A stretch of 52,510 bases of DNA. Source: a virus (lineage: Duplodnaviria; Caudoviricetes). Of the stretch, positions 26,038 through 35,570 are shown one piece after another. Within the stretch, counting starts at the first letter, position 1; every line of letters begins with the position of its first letter. Both the position numbers and the translations under genes were made by a program. The stretch covers positions 1 through 52,510 of IMG/VR virus record IMGVR_UViG_3300010052_000059; one strand, given 5' to 3'. The notes below the pieces were generated by a model, which saw nothing but the letters and a program-made list of their open reading frames with translations, made no database searches and was not told the origin of the DNA.

Positions 26038-27327
26038 CTACGCGGTCGCATTTTGACGTTCCGGCACGATCGCCTTGCACCGTCCGACCGTCCGGCGCGC
26101 TGGGATCAAACCGTCCGATTCCCATTCGCCCATCCAGTCGGACACCGTCGAGCGCGGCACGCCGAACCGTTCGACGATATCCGCCTGACGCGGGATGCTC
26201 CGTCCGAACGCCGCTTCCGTTTGCACGAAGGCGAGCACGCGGCCTTTGCGATCGTCCGTCCGTCCGTCCGGCTGATTGTCCGGTGCGCTGGGCTTCGGCC
26301 GGTTCGGACGCTCCGGAGCTTTCGGACCGCCCGCCGGACGATCGTCCGGACGGTTTTTGCTCGGCGCTTCGGATGCCCACTTCGCATCCGCGCCGAGAAG
26401 CGCCGGATGGTCGGCGAGGGCGCCGAAATCGGACTGTCCGAGCGTGTCGACGGCCGGAGCAACCTTTTCCGCTTTGGAAACTGTTGCCGGCTCGGCGAAC
26501 AGAGGCGCGCCGAACGTGGCGATCATCACGGCGGCGAGGCCGAACGCCCAAGCCCAACCGCTCGCCGCGTACAACTCGAACCACGTGGGCTCGGTGGGTC
26601 GCGGGAGAGCGTCAAGCGCGGCTTTGAGGCCGGGCAGCTTTTGCTCGAGCTCAATCTTGCGGATTGCGCCCGCCATCTCCTGGCGGAGGTCGAGCAGCGG
26701 CTTGCAGGCCTCGAAGCTGGTGTTCTTGGTCACGTCGTTGCATTCCTTCGTGACGCGAAACACCTTGCGGTCGACGGGCGCGGCCATCATGGCGGCCTGC
26801 ACCTCGGCGGGCGTTCGCGCGCCCTCGAGCCGCTTCCATTCCGCCTCGGCCTTGTCGTGGTCGGCCTTGGCGAGATCGTAAGCGGTGCGCTGGCCGCCTT
26901 CGTCGCCCGTCTTGCCGCGCTGCGCCTCGAGGATCGTGAGCGAGAGCGCGGTGACGGAAACGACGAGCAGCAGCAGCGCGACGGGAGCCGCGATGGTGCG
27001 CTGCCGGGCGAGCGCGCCGGGTTTGAACGCAACCCAGGCGGCGCGGGCTTGCGAGAGTGACATGGCGATGGCGGCGAGAACGAGAACGACGCCGGCAATA
27101 GAGACGGTGGCCGTGAAGCCCAAGGCAGAAACGTCGACGGTGAAGTGCTCGAGCTGCATGCCGAGCCCGTAGGCGCGGAGCGCGTTGACGGCGGCTTCGG
27201 CCACGACCGCAAGCGCGATCGGTGCCCAGGCCCAGAGTGGCACGCGCCAGATTTGAGGCGCGGGCGAAGGTGTGCTATGCGTGGTCATGTCAAAGATCCT
27301 TTTCTTAGCGGAAGTGGGTTGAGACAC
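26038..27327 (-). CDS. Multi-pass membrane protein with coiled coil and C-terminal HTH
   Basis: 3-4 hydrophobic helices; RQADIVERFGVPRSTVSDWMGEWE; alternative start 27288. Confidence 0.75.
   Translation of the reverse strand: MSQPTSAKKRIFDMTTHSTPSPAPQIWRVPLWAWAPIALAVVAEAAVNALRAYGLGMQLEHFTVDVSALGFTATVSIAGVVLVLAAIAMSLSQARAAWVAFKPGALARQRTIAAPVALLLLVVSVTALSLTILEAQRGKTGDEGGQRTAYDLAKADHDKAEAEWKRLEGARTPAEVQAAMMAAPVDRKVFRVTKECNDVTKNTSFEACKPLLDLRQEMAGAIRKIELEQKLPGLKAALDALPRPTEPTWFELYAASGWAWAFGLAAVMIATFGAPLFAEPATVSKAEKVAPAVDTLGQSDFGALADHPALLGADAKWASEAPSKNRPDDRPAGGPKAPERPNRPKPSAPDNQPDGRTDDRKGRVLAFVQTEAAFGRSIPRQADIVERFGVPRSTVSDWMGEWESDGLIPARRTVGRCKAIVPERQNATA
26360..26397 (+). repeat. UUC-bulged hairpin motif copy 6
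   Basis: CTCGGCGC-TTC-GGATGC-CCACTTC-GCATCC-GCGCCGAG. Confidence 0.85.
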
Positions 27328-27438
27328 GGGCCGGGGCTGGTTGCACAGCTGCCGGCCTTTTCGTTTTCCTGTGCCGTGGCGCAGGGCGAGGGGTTGTTCC
27401 CGGAGGTGGGAAAAACCCCGAACGCTGCGTCATGTGGC

Positions 27439-27663
27439 TCATGCAGCCCTGAGACTTGGCGACATCGAATAGCTGCCGTGCGGTTCGCACCATTCGGCGC
27501 CGTCGCTGTCGACCCGCACCTTGCGGCGCTTGATCTTTCCGTCTGACGCCTTCAGCGAGACGAAGCTGTCGGACCGCGCGACGACTTCGAACGAAAAGAT
27601 GCAGTTGTAATCGCAGATGGAGCGGCAGCTGTACGTTTTGCCGATTTCGAATTTCTTGGTCAC
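27439..27663 (-). CDS. Small hypothetical phage protein
   Basis: KFEIGKTY..RSICDYNCIF; AAGGGA RBS. Confidence 0.7.
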   Translation of the reverse strand: MTKKFEIGKTYSCRSICDYNCIFSFEVVARSDSFVSLKASDGKIKRRKVRVDSDGAEWCEPHGSYSMSPSLRAA

Positions 27664-27774
27664 TGGTCAATCCCTTGTAACGATTTGCTATCAACTTGGG
27701 ATTTAATGTAACCCACAAAGTAGCAACGCACAAGGGGCTTGACGAAACTTTTTGGGATACGTAAAGGTGCGGTG

Positions 27775-28011
27775 ATGCAACACGCAACTCACGAGCAACA
27801 AGACATGGCCAAGCCGCGCATGGGGCGTCCGCCCAAGCCCGAGGACGAGCATGCCGTGCAGATCTCAACGCGATGGCCCGGCCCGTTCATCGAGCGCGTT
27901 GACGCGCTGGTGGAAACGCGGGCAGACCAGCCGACCCGCGCGCAGGTGATGCGCGAAGCGATGGCGCTCGGGCTCGATGCGCTCGAGCAGCGGCAGAAAG
28001 GGCGGAAGTGA
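27775..28011 (+). CDS. Ribbon-helix-helix/CopG-like regulator
   Basis: MGRPPK...ISTRW...IERVDA...TRAQVMREAM. Confidence 0.65.
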   Translation: MQHATHEQQDMAKPRMGRPPKPEDEHAVQISTRWPGPFIERVDALVETRADQPTRAQVMREAMALGLDALEQRQKGRK

Positions 28012-28223
28012 TGGCCGGCCCGCCCCACAACATGCCGAGCAGGCCGTGCTCGTTCTGCGACGGTGTCGGGACCATGCGAACGGAAAAGGAATATCAGGCG
28101 CGTTCAAGAGACGAGGACGAATTCACCGACCTTGTTGCCATCGTCGGCGAGAAATGCCCGATGTGCCTTGGTCGCGGCGAGACCTATGTCCTCGGAGAGG
28201 CGCCGCGGCGTCTGAACAGTTGA
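28008..28223 (+). CDS. Small CxxCxGxG zinc-finger protein
   Basis: CSFCDGVG, CPMCLGRG. Confidence 0.6.
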   Translation: MMAGPPHNMPSRPCSFCDGVGTMRTEKEYQARSRDEDEFTDLVAIVGEKCPMCLGRGETYVLGEAPRRLNS

Positions 28224-28238
28224 GAAGGGAAAACGCTG

Positions 28239-28346
28239 ATGGACTGGATTTTGATCTGCGTGTTTTTCGCGGCGTGTGCCGTGCTCAATCGCTGGGCTTT
28301 CAAGCGTGACGTCGACCGCGCTGTCAGGGCTTTGGAGGCAGATTGA
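28239..28346 (+). CDS. 35-aa membrane peptide (below ORF-track cutoff)
   Basis: MDWILICVFFAACAVLNRWAFK...; AAGGGA RBS; TGATG coupling. Confidence 0.5.
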   Translation: MDWILICVFFAACAVLNRWAFKRDVDRAVRALEAD

Positions 28347-28555
28347 TGCTGATGCCGTATCGCGTCGAAATTCTGCGGGAAGGTGACGAGGCGCTTATGA
28401 AGAGGCGTGACTTCGTTGCGGCCGACGATATCGAGGCAATGCGCAAGGCCCATGATGTTTACACACAGCTGGCCGACGCCGAAGCCGGGCGGTTCGTTCT
28501 CTATCGGGATGGCATCGCGATCGACGAGCACGTTGGCCCGCCAAAAAAAATCTGA
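28346..28555 (+). CDS. Small hypothetical protein
   Basis: GGAGG RBS. Confidence 0.55.
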   Translation: MLMPYRVEILREGDEALMKRRDFVAADDIEAMRKAHDVYTQLADAEAGRFVLYRDGIAIDEHVGPPKKI

Positions 28556-28619
28556 TTTGGGGTATTGACCAAAAAGTCTCGAATCGCGTACCGACTCAGA
28601 CAACGTCGCGAGACGCATG

Positions 28620-28659
28620 CAAAAGCCGCCCCAGCAACACGCTGTCGGGCGGTTTTTTG
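28620..28659 (+). terminator. Terminator downstream of a candidate late promoter (tR'-like)
   Basis: AAAAGCCGCCC...GGGCGGTTTTTT; TTGACC at 28565. Confidence 0.7.
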
Positions 28660-28786
28660 CGTCTGAATTATTCAGAGCATTGAATAATTCTCGAATATTT
28701 TCGCCCCAGATCCGGCAGGCAACACACATGTCGCGTTTATACGCTCACGTGCCTCGCGCCGCGAAGACGGGACGGAAATCGGCGTC

Positions 28787-28817
28787 GGCGCGGATGCTTG
28801 TGGGCATCCGAAGCGCC
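28787..28817 (-). repeat. UUC-bulged hairpin motif copy 7 (inverted)
   Basis: Reverse complement reads GGCGC-TTC-GGATGC-CCACAA-GCATCC-GCGCC. Confidence 0.85.
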
Positions 28818-28882
28818 AAGCAACAATGCGAGGTTTGCGCTGCAATTCGTGCGCGTCTTGCAAAGCTGGCGGGTCTCTCGAA

Positions 28883-29482
28883 ATGATCTCGCTCAGCATC
28901 GACATGCGCGAGTTCGATCGCAAGGCAAAGCAGATGGGCATCTTCCGTGCCGATCAGCTGCCGTTCGCGATCGCCAACACGCTGAACGACACGATGTTCA
29001 AGGACACGCGTCCGCAGATCATCGGGCCGACGTGGTCGGCAGCGTTCACCGTGCGCAACAAGGGCTTGCCGCGTGCGAGCATCAACGTCGAGCGGGCGAG
29101 CAAGGGCAAGCTGTCGGCCGGCGTCTTTGACGCCCTGGGGAAAGCAGACCTGGTTAAGCACGCAACTGGCGGTGCGAAGACGCACTCCGGCACTTTGGCT
29201 GTGCCGGTCCAGTCTCGCGTCCGTCTCCACGCCCGCGGTAAGACGCCATGGGCCAAGGAATTGGAACGGCGTTTCGGGCGTCGTGCCGTACGTAAGACGG
29301 CCAAGGGTCTGTTCGTGGGCCAGGGTGGCCGTCTCAATCTGTTCTTCGCGTTCGTTGGCGGTGCCAGCCTCGACAAGCGGTTTCGCTTTTACGAGGACTT
29401 CACTCGGAAGAGTATGTTCGGCATCTCACATCGTTTCCCTGCGCATGCGCAACGTGCTGTTGCAACGGCCTTCGGCAGGTAG
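28883..29482 (+). CDS. Tail-completion/neck protein (lambda gpZ-like)
   Basis: Basic; QLPFAIANTLNDT N-terminal pattern. Confidence 0.55.
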   Translation: MISLSIDMREFDRKAKQMGIFRADQLPFAIANTLNDTMFKDTRPQIIGPTWSAAFTVRNKGLPRASINVERASKGKLSAGVFDALGKADLVKHATGGAKTHSGTLAVPVQSRVRLHARGKTPWAKELERRFGRRAVRKTAKGLFVGQGGRLNLFFAFVGGASLDKRFRFYEDFTRKSMFGISHRFPAHAQRAVATAFGR

Positions 29483-29491
29483 GGCTCGAAC

Positions 29492-29540
29492 GGGTCCTTC
29501 CTGGCCCCGGCCGCCCATCGCGGGTCACGCCCGACCGCGA
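29492..29540 (+). other. Putative cos site (cosQ + cosN)
   Basis: GGGTCCT (lambda cosQ) then quasi-symmetric TCGCGGGTCACGCCCGACCGCGA just upstream of the small terminase. Confidence 0.65.
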
Positions 29541-29594
29541 GGGGTGGCTAGCGATAGAAAAATTTAGGTCCTTGATTCCGATTCCGGTTGAGCC

Positions 29595-30101
29595 ATGGCA
29601 ACGCAGGCAGAAGTCGCCGAAAAACTGGGGCTTTCTGATCGCTGGTTGCGGAAGTTGGTCGAGGACGGAGCGCTCAAAGATCAGCCTCGCGGCAAATGGG
29701 ATGCGCTGAAGACAGCACGCGAGCTTCTCGATTATCGCGGGAAGGAAATCGAGCGTCTCAAAGCGCAGGTTGCGAGCCTGGAATCGCAGGCTCTGCGTTC
29801 CGAAGCCGGAGGATCGAAGGCGATTGAGGATGCTCGTCTGCAGCGAGCCAAAGCCGATATCGCCGTTATGGAAGCTGCCGAGAAGCGGGGTGAACTGATC
29901 CCGCGCTCGCAAGTCGCAGACGCAGTTCTTAGCGCAATCATGATCATGAAGACGAGGCTCAACGCGATCGCAGCTAAGGTCGCGCCTCTCGCACATGCTG
30001 CGCCGAGTGTAGCTGTAGCGGAAAGACACATTCGTGAGCAGGTCGACGAAGCGCTCGACGGCCTCGGCAAAGTCGAGGTCATCGGAGCGGCTCAAGCTTG
30101 A
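29595..30101 (+). CDS. Terminase small subunit (Nu1-like)
   Basis: N-terminal wHTH, ARLQRAKAD...GELIP. Confidence 0.88.
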   Translation: MATQAEVAEKLGLSDRWLRKLVEDGALKDQPRGKWDALKTARELLDYRGKEIERLKAQVASLESQALRSEAGGSKAIEDARLQRAKADIAVMEAAEKRGELIPRSQVADAVLSAIMIMKTRLNAIAAKVAPLAHAAPSVAVAERHIREQVDEALDGLGKVEVIGAAQA

Positions 30102-32088
30102 TTTAACAGGCCGTCATCCAGCGCTCGTCGAGATCATCGCTCAAGCGTTCACGCTTTGCCCCAATCCGCCGCCGCAAACCGTTTCGGAATGGGCGGACGA
30201 ACACCGCATACTGTCGCCCGAAGACAGTGCCGAGCCCGGCAAGTGGCGCACGTCTCGCATGGAGCCCATGCGCGGCATTATGGATTCGTTCAACGATCCT
30301 CTGGTCGAGGAAATCGTTGTCCAAAAGGGAACTCAGATCGGCTGGACTGCGGTCATCGGCAACGTTGTCGGATACATGATCGACCGCGAGCCGTGCCCGA
30401 TACTCACGGTCATGCCGACAATTGAAGTCGCCGAGGAGTGGTCGAAGAACCGCTTCGCGCCGATGCTTCGCGACACCAAGCGGCTCGCCGGAAAGATCCG
30501 AGACCCTCGCTCGCGCGATAGCGGCAACACGATACTGTCGAAGACGTTCATAGGTGGACGTCTCGCGATTATCGGTGCGAACGCGCCGTCGAACCTGGCG
30601 TCACGTCCGATCCGCATCGTGCTCTGTGACGAGACCGATCGATATCCGCTCTCGGCTGGATCGGAAGGCGATCCGATGACGCTCGCAGCAAAGCGGCAAG
30701 AGACGTTTTGGAACCGGAAAATGCTGAAGGGCTCGAGCCCGACGATTAAAGGCCGGTCCGTTATCGAGCGTGACTATCAACGCTCCGACAAGCGAAAGTT
30801 CCACGTAGCGTGTCCGTGCTGCAAGGAGGAGCAGTCGCTTTCCTGGAAGCAGGTGAAGTGGGACAAGGACAAAGACAAAGACGGAAAAACGGTTCGTCAC
30901 CACCCGGAGACCGCCGGCTATCAATGTGAACATTGCGGCGAGCTATGGACCGATGCCGAGCGGTGGCAGGCGATTTCAAAAGGTCGCTGGATCGCAACCG
31001 CTCCGTTCTCCGGCATCGCAGGGTTTCATCTGTCGCAGCTCTACTCGAGCTGGGTCAAGCTGTCGAAGGTCGTTACCGAATATCTCGCCGCAAATGGCAA
31101 GCTTCCGGGCACGTTCAAGGACCCGCAGAAGCTCAAGGTGTTCGTCAACACCGTCCTCGCCGAGACTTGGGACGAGGAAGGCGAAACCGTTGACGCGGAC
31201 ACGATCGACAAGCGCGGTGAGCCATACTCATGGCAAGACCTGCCTAACGAATGTGTGTTCGCGAGCGCCGGCGTTGACGTTCAGGGCGATCGTCTTGAGG
31301 TCCAGGTCCTCGCGTGGGGGCATGGCGAAGAGATATGGGCGGCTCGCTACGAAATTCTGTTGGGCGATCCCGCCCAGCGTCGTGTGTGGGACGAACTCGA
31401 CGAGATCCTAAAGACGCCGCTTCGTCGCGCTGATGGGCGGCCGGTTCGCATTCAAGCTACCTGCATCGACACAGGCGGAAACCACACGAACGAGGTTTTT
31501 CAATTTTGCGCGCGGCCAGGAATGCGGCAGAGACGCGTTTTTCCTATCAAGGGCGATGACGGGCCTAAGCCGATCTGGCCAATACGGCACTCGCTCACGA
31601 AAACGAAAAAGCAGGTGTGGATCGTCGGATCGGATACCGGAAAGGATTCGATCCACGGACGCCTGAAGCTCCGTCCGCGTGCTGCGGGCGAGGCCAATCC
31701 CGGCTTTATTCACTTTCCGATCGCGCTCGAGGAAGTGGGTACAGCGGCGTTCAACGCTGACTACTATGCACAGCTGACGTCAGAGAAGGCGATCACCACA
31801 AAGGATCATCGTGGGCGGCCGAGACGTGGGTTCTATCTGCCCGCCGGCAAGCGAAACGAAGCGCTCGACACGATGGTCTATGCGTTTGCGGCGCGCATGG
31901 CGTCGCGTATCCGGTTGAAAGGCGGCGTCGTCGACCTTCCCAATGAGGAAGAGCCGACCGCAGTCGATGAGCCGGAAGTGGTCGAAGTCGAGCGGCCGAA
32001 ACCGCCGCCGCCGAGGCTCGCGAAGCCGATTACGCCTAAGAAACCGCGTCGCGATCCAGCGGCGATTGCCAGGATGTTCAACCGATGA
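30034..32088 (+). CDS. Terminase large subunit (lambda GpA family)
   Basis: VSEWAD, KGTQIGWT, LCDETD, SSPT, CPCC/CEHC, GVDVQ, RNEALD. Confidence 0.95.
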   Translation: MSRSTKRSTASAKSRSSERLKLDLTGRHPALVEIIAQAFTLCPNPPPQTVSEWADEHRILSPEDSAEPGKWRTSRMEPMRGIMDSFNDPLVEEIVVQKGTQIGWTAVIGNVVGYMIDREPCPILTVMPTIEVAEEWSKNRFAPMLRDTKRLAGKIRDPRSRDSGNTILSKTFIGGRLAIIGANAPSNLASRPIRIVLCDETDRYPLSAGSEGDPMTLAAKRQETFWNRKMLKGSSPTIKGRSVIERDYQRSDKRKFHVACPCCKEEQSLSWKQVKWDKDKDKDGKTVRHHPETAGYQCEHCGELWTDAERWQAISKGRWIATAPFSGIAGFHLSQLYSSWVKLSKVVTEYLAANGKLPGTFKDPQKLKVFVNTVLAETWDEEGETVDADTIDKRGEPYSWQDLPNECVFASAGVDVQGDRLEVQVLAWGHGEEIWAARYEILLGDPAQRRVWDELDEILKTPLRRADGRPVRIQATCIDTGGNHTNEVFQFCARPGMRQRRVFPIKGDDGPKPIWPIRHSLTKTKKQVWIVGSDTGKDSIHGRLKLRPRAAGEANPGFIHFPIALEEVGTAAFNADYYAQLTSEKAITTKDHRGRPRRGFYLPAGKRNEALDTMVYAFAARMASRIRLKGGVVDLPNEEEPTAVDEPEVVEVERPKPPPPRLAKPITPKKPRRDPAAIARMFNR

Positions 32089-32330
32089 CGAACGAGGAGC
32101 GCAACGCCCAGCTTGGCGTGCTCTATGCGGCGATCATCGCGCGGGCTACAGGCACGCATGTTTCGCAGGCGGGTCACAAAGACAAACAGACGTCCTTTTC
32201 GAGTGTCTCGCTCAACGAGATGATCCGTCTGTATCGGCAGCTCTGGTTCCGCGGCAGCGACTATCCCGAATTGAATGATGTCGGTCAGCCGGTCGTCAAG
32301 CGCGGCCCGCCGGCGCGGTTTTGGCACTGA
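32085..32330 (+). CDS. gpW-like head completion protein
   Basis: Size and position between terminase and portal. Confidence 0.6.
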   Translation: MTNEERNAQLGVLYAAIIARATGTHVSQAGHKDKQTSFSSVSLNEMIRLYRQLWFRGSDYPELNDVGQPVVKRGPPARFWH

Positions 32331-32338
32331 GGATAGGC

Positions 32339-34003
32339 ATGCAGGCACAGGAAACTCGCCCGGCAGTCCGCAAGGTCCCGGTGCAGCAGGCGCTTGCCTC
32401 GCGCATGAATGCCATGGCGCGTAACGGTTCGGCGTATGCTGCCGCTTCGCAGTTCGATCGCGGCTTTTCGAGTTGGCATCCGACTCTCCGTTCCGCGGAT
32501 GCCGAAGTGCTACGCGATCACGCCAAGGCTCGCGCTCGAGCTCGCGATCTGTATCGCAATCACCCTTACGCGCGCCAGATCGTACGCATGGCCGCGCTTG
32601 CCCAGGTCGGTAAGCGGCTACGTTACTCGTCGCGCGTCGACTATGAATTCCTCGGTATCGACGAGGAGGAGGCGGACCGCTGGGGCGCGCAATTTGATCG
32701 CGTTTGGGATGCCTATGCGCACGGACCTGGTGCTCAGATCGACGCCGCCCGCAAGCGCAACTTCTCCGCGATGATGCGCCTTGCCGTCTCGACGCGCATG
32801 GTCGACGGCGAAACGCTCCTCGCCGCAGAGTGGGACGAGCGCCGGCGATGGAAAACCTGCTTCAAGATGGTCGACATTGACCGCTTGTCGAACCCGAATG
32901 GGGCGCCGGATACGCCCTATCTCCGGGCCGGCGTCGCTCTCGACGAATACTCCGCACCGCTCGGGTACCACATTCGGAACGGGCATCCGTCTGATCATGC
33001 TTTGATGGACGCCGCGCGTTCTCAGACGTGGTCTTTCCACGCCAAGGAAACGGTCTGGGGACGGCCGGTGATGATGCACTCGTTCCTGTCGGAGCGAGCC
33101 GAGCAGACTCGCGGCATCACGGATTTCACGACCGTGATCCGTGCCATGAAGATGCAACAGGAGTTCAGCGAGGCCGATCTCGCGTCCGCCATCATGCAGG
33201 CCATGTACGCGCTCGTGATCAAGTCGAGTGCGAACTGGGCGGAAGCGATGCAGTCCCTCGGCGCCGACGTCGATGTCGACGAGAACGGCGATCCCGTCAA
33301 TCCGATGACGGCAGCGACGCTCGATCAGCTTGCAATGGCTGCCGGATACTACGGCGAAGCCAAAATCACGGGCTTCGATGGCGGGCGCGTCAGTCACCTC
33401 GTGCCCGGCGACGAGTTGCAACTCGTGACGCCCGGCAACAAGGGCTCGAGCGCAGCGGAGTTCAAGAAGTCGGCCGTCAAGGAATTCGCCGCAGGCCTCG
33501 GCGGAGACCCGATCTCCGTTTCGCAGGACTATAGCGATGTGAACTATTCGTCGGCGCGCATGTCGGTCGCGACGAACTGGCGCGTGCACGAAGTGCAGCG
33601 CGGCGAGCTCGTCTATGATCTCGGTATGCCGATGGTGCAGTGCTTCATGGAAGAGGCAGTGCACTCTGGCGCGCTGAAGCTGCCCAAGGGCGTCAAGCCG
33701 TTCGAGTTCTACGACGCGTTGCCTGCGCTCTGCAAAGGCGTGTTCATGACCTGGGGTCCGCCGATGCTCGATCCCACGAAGGAGCGCGCCGGACAGCTCG
33801 CCGGCTGGCAGCTCGGCCTCGATACGCTCGAGGAGATGGCCGCCGAAGAGGGCCAGGATTACCGCGACAATATCCGCCAAAAGGCGCGCGAAGTGCGCTT
33901 CATGCGTGAGTATGGCGTGCCGCTGCCTGGTGAGCCCGTCATGCCGCCTGTCGTTGCTGAGCCGGCTGCCGACGATGAAAAGAAGGACAAGAACGATGGC
34001 TGA
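32339..34003 (+). CDS. Portal protein (lambda family)
   Basis: ARARDLYRN, EQTRG, DYSDVNYSSAR, DPTKE. Confidence 0.95.
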   Translation: MQAQETRPAVRKVPVQQALASRMNAMARNGSAYAAASQFDRGFSSWHPTLRSADAEVLRDHAKARARARDLYRNHPYARQIVRMAALAQVGKRLRYSSRVDYEFLGIDEEEADRWGAQFDRVWDAYAHGPGAQIDAARKRNFSAMMRLAVSTRMVDGETLLAAEWDERRRWKTCFKMVDIDRLSNPNGAPDTPYLRAGVALDEYSAPLGYHIRNGHPSDHALMDAARSQTWSFHAKETVWGRPVMMHSFLSERAEQTRGITDFTTVIRAMKMQQEFSEADLASAIMQAMYALVIKSSANWAEAMQSLGADVDVDENGDPVNPMTAATLDQLAMAAGYYGEAKITGFDGGRVSHLVPGDELQLVTPGNKGSSAAEFKKSAVKEFAAGLGGDPISVSQDYSDVNYSSARMSVATNWRVHEVQRGELVYDLGMPMVQCFMEEAVHSGALKLPKGVKPFEFYDALPALCKGVFMTWGPPMLDPTKERAGQLAGWQLGLDTLEEMAAEEGQDYRDNIRQKAREVRFMREYGVPLPGEPVMPPVVAEPAADDEKKDKNDG

Positions 34004-35558
34004 GAAGCGCACAAAGCAGCAGCGTTCCGGGACCTCGAAGAACACTGTCGCGGCCAAGCAGGCAGAAGCTGCAGCAAAGGAAGCCGCCGCGAAGGAAGCA
34101 CAAGCCGCGGCCGAGGCTGAGCGCGCGAAGACGGACATGCGCCGCCTGGAGCTCGAAGCCGAGGCGCGCAAAGACAAGCGTGCTGACGAGCGTCGCGCCG
34201 CGGATAAGGCGCCGTCCGAGCAGCTGCGCCAGGTCGGCCTTGTCGCCGCTCCGCTCGCGGCTGGCATGGCTTACGGCAAACACAAGGCCGATAAAATCAA
34301 TGCCGAAGTGACCAAGGCGGCGCGTGCGAAGAATAAGCAACTCGAAAAAGTTGCCGAAAAGGTGCGCGGCACGTCCAACCCGGCAAAACTGCGCGCGGGT
34401 GTTCGTGTCGCCGACAAGCTGAAGCTCGGGAAGATGAAGGGTCCCGTCGGCGGTGTAACAGCCGCCTTTTTAGTGACGGAGGCTGTCGCCGCCCGCGTCG
34501 TTGCGTCGAACACGGAGAACGAGACCGCAAAGGAAGTGCTGAACGGCGCCGCAATCGGCCTTGGCGCAGCCGCGGTGAGCACCGTTGGCACGCGCATGGT
34601 TCAGCGCGCGACTGCCAGCGTGCAGCCCAACGCCGCCGCGATGGTCGATATCGAGGCTGCGCGAGAGACCAGCAAAGCCAAGCCGTCTAAGGCGGCCCCT
34701 CGAAAGCGCGCGCCGCGCGCATCGGGTGGTGTCGCGAAGACGGTGGGGCGAGCTGCTTTGCCGGTGCTCGCCGGTATCGTTGCAGTGAGCGCGTTCAATG
34801 ATCGCGCCTCGGCGGCTGAAGCGCAGGGGGAAACGAAAGAACAGGCACGCGCACAAGGCTTCACCGAGGCCGCCAAGGTTGTCACTGACATGCTGTCCTT
34901 TGGTGCGTTGTCCCAAGCTGAGAAGTCTCGGGACGAAGGACACAGTATGGGTGAGTCCTTGAAACGCGGTGCAATTGTAGGCGCGGCCAACTTCGCGACT
35001 TTCGGCACCGCACAGATGGCTAACGATGCGCTCGCCGATCAGGGCGGCGTTTCTGGTGTCATTTCCGACACCGTCACGAAGGCCGCGAGCAAGGTCGGTG
35101 AAATGCTCGGCTGGGGCGACGCTGCGCGCGAGGCGAGCGCCGAAACGCGAAAGGCGGATGGGTCGGCTCTTTCTGCGGAAACCTCGCCCGGAACGAAAGC
35201 ATTAATTGGTGGGGTCGGGTCGTACGCCGGCGCCCACTTTATGGAACTTGGTTTGAAGTCGCGCCCTGGTTTGGGCAGGGGTGCACTCATTACCTTCGGA
35301 GCGGCAGGCCTCATCAGCGGTGTGGGCATGATGGCCGACGCGCTGGTGACGGCTGCGAATGCTGATCCTCAGCCGAAGGCGTTCCTGAACGAGGGTGCCG
35401 AGCGCAAGGCGTCTGAAGCACCGAAGGCGCCGGCCTCGACGGTTGTCGCTTCGGCGGCCGTCAAGAAGGCAGACGGAGAGACAGCCGGTTACACCCGCCG
35501 GGGTAAGAACGGCCAGACGATCCAGGTTCAAGCTTACCGCACGCCTGACCGCCGCTAA
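33996..35558 (+). CDS. Ala/Gly/Lys-rich 520-aa protein of unknown function in the head operon
   Basis: Overlaps the portal stop; several hydrophobic segments. Confidence 0.75.
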   Translation: MAEKRTKQQRSGTSKNTVAAKQAEAAAKEAAAKEAQAAAEAERAKTDMRRLELEAEARKDKRADERRAADKAPSEQLRQVGLVAAPLAAGMAYGKHKADKINAEVTKAARAKNKQLEKVAEKVRGTSNPAKLRAGVRVADKLKLGKMKGPVGGVTAAFLVTEAVAARVVASNTENETAKEVLNGAAIGLGAAAVSTVGTRMVQRATASVQPNAAAMVDIEAARETSKAKPSKAAPRKRAPRASGGVAKTVGRAALPVLAGIVAVSAFNDRASAAEAQGETKEQARAQGFTEAAKVVTDMLSFGALSQAEKSRDEGHSMGESLKRGAIVGAANFATFGTAQMANDALADQGGVSGVISDTVTKAASKVGEMLGWGDAAREASAETRKADGSALSAETSPGTKALIGGVGSYAGAHFMELGLKSRPGLGRGALITFGAAGLISGVGMMADALVTAANADPQPKAFLNEGAERKASEAPKAPASTVVASAAVKKADGETAGYTRRGKNGQTIQVQAYRTPDRR

Positions 35559-35570
35559 GGAAACTCGCAC

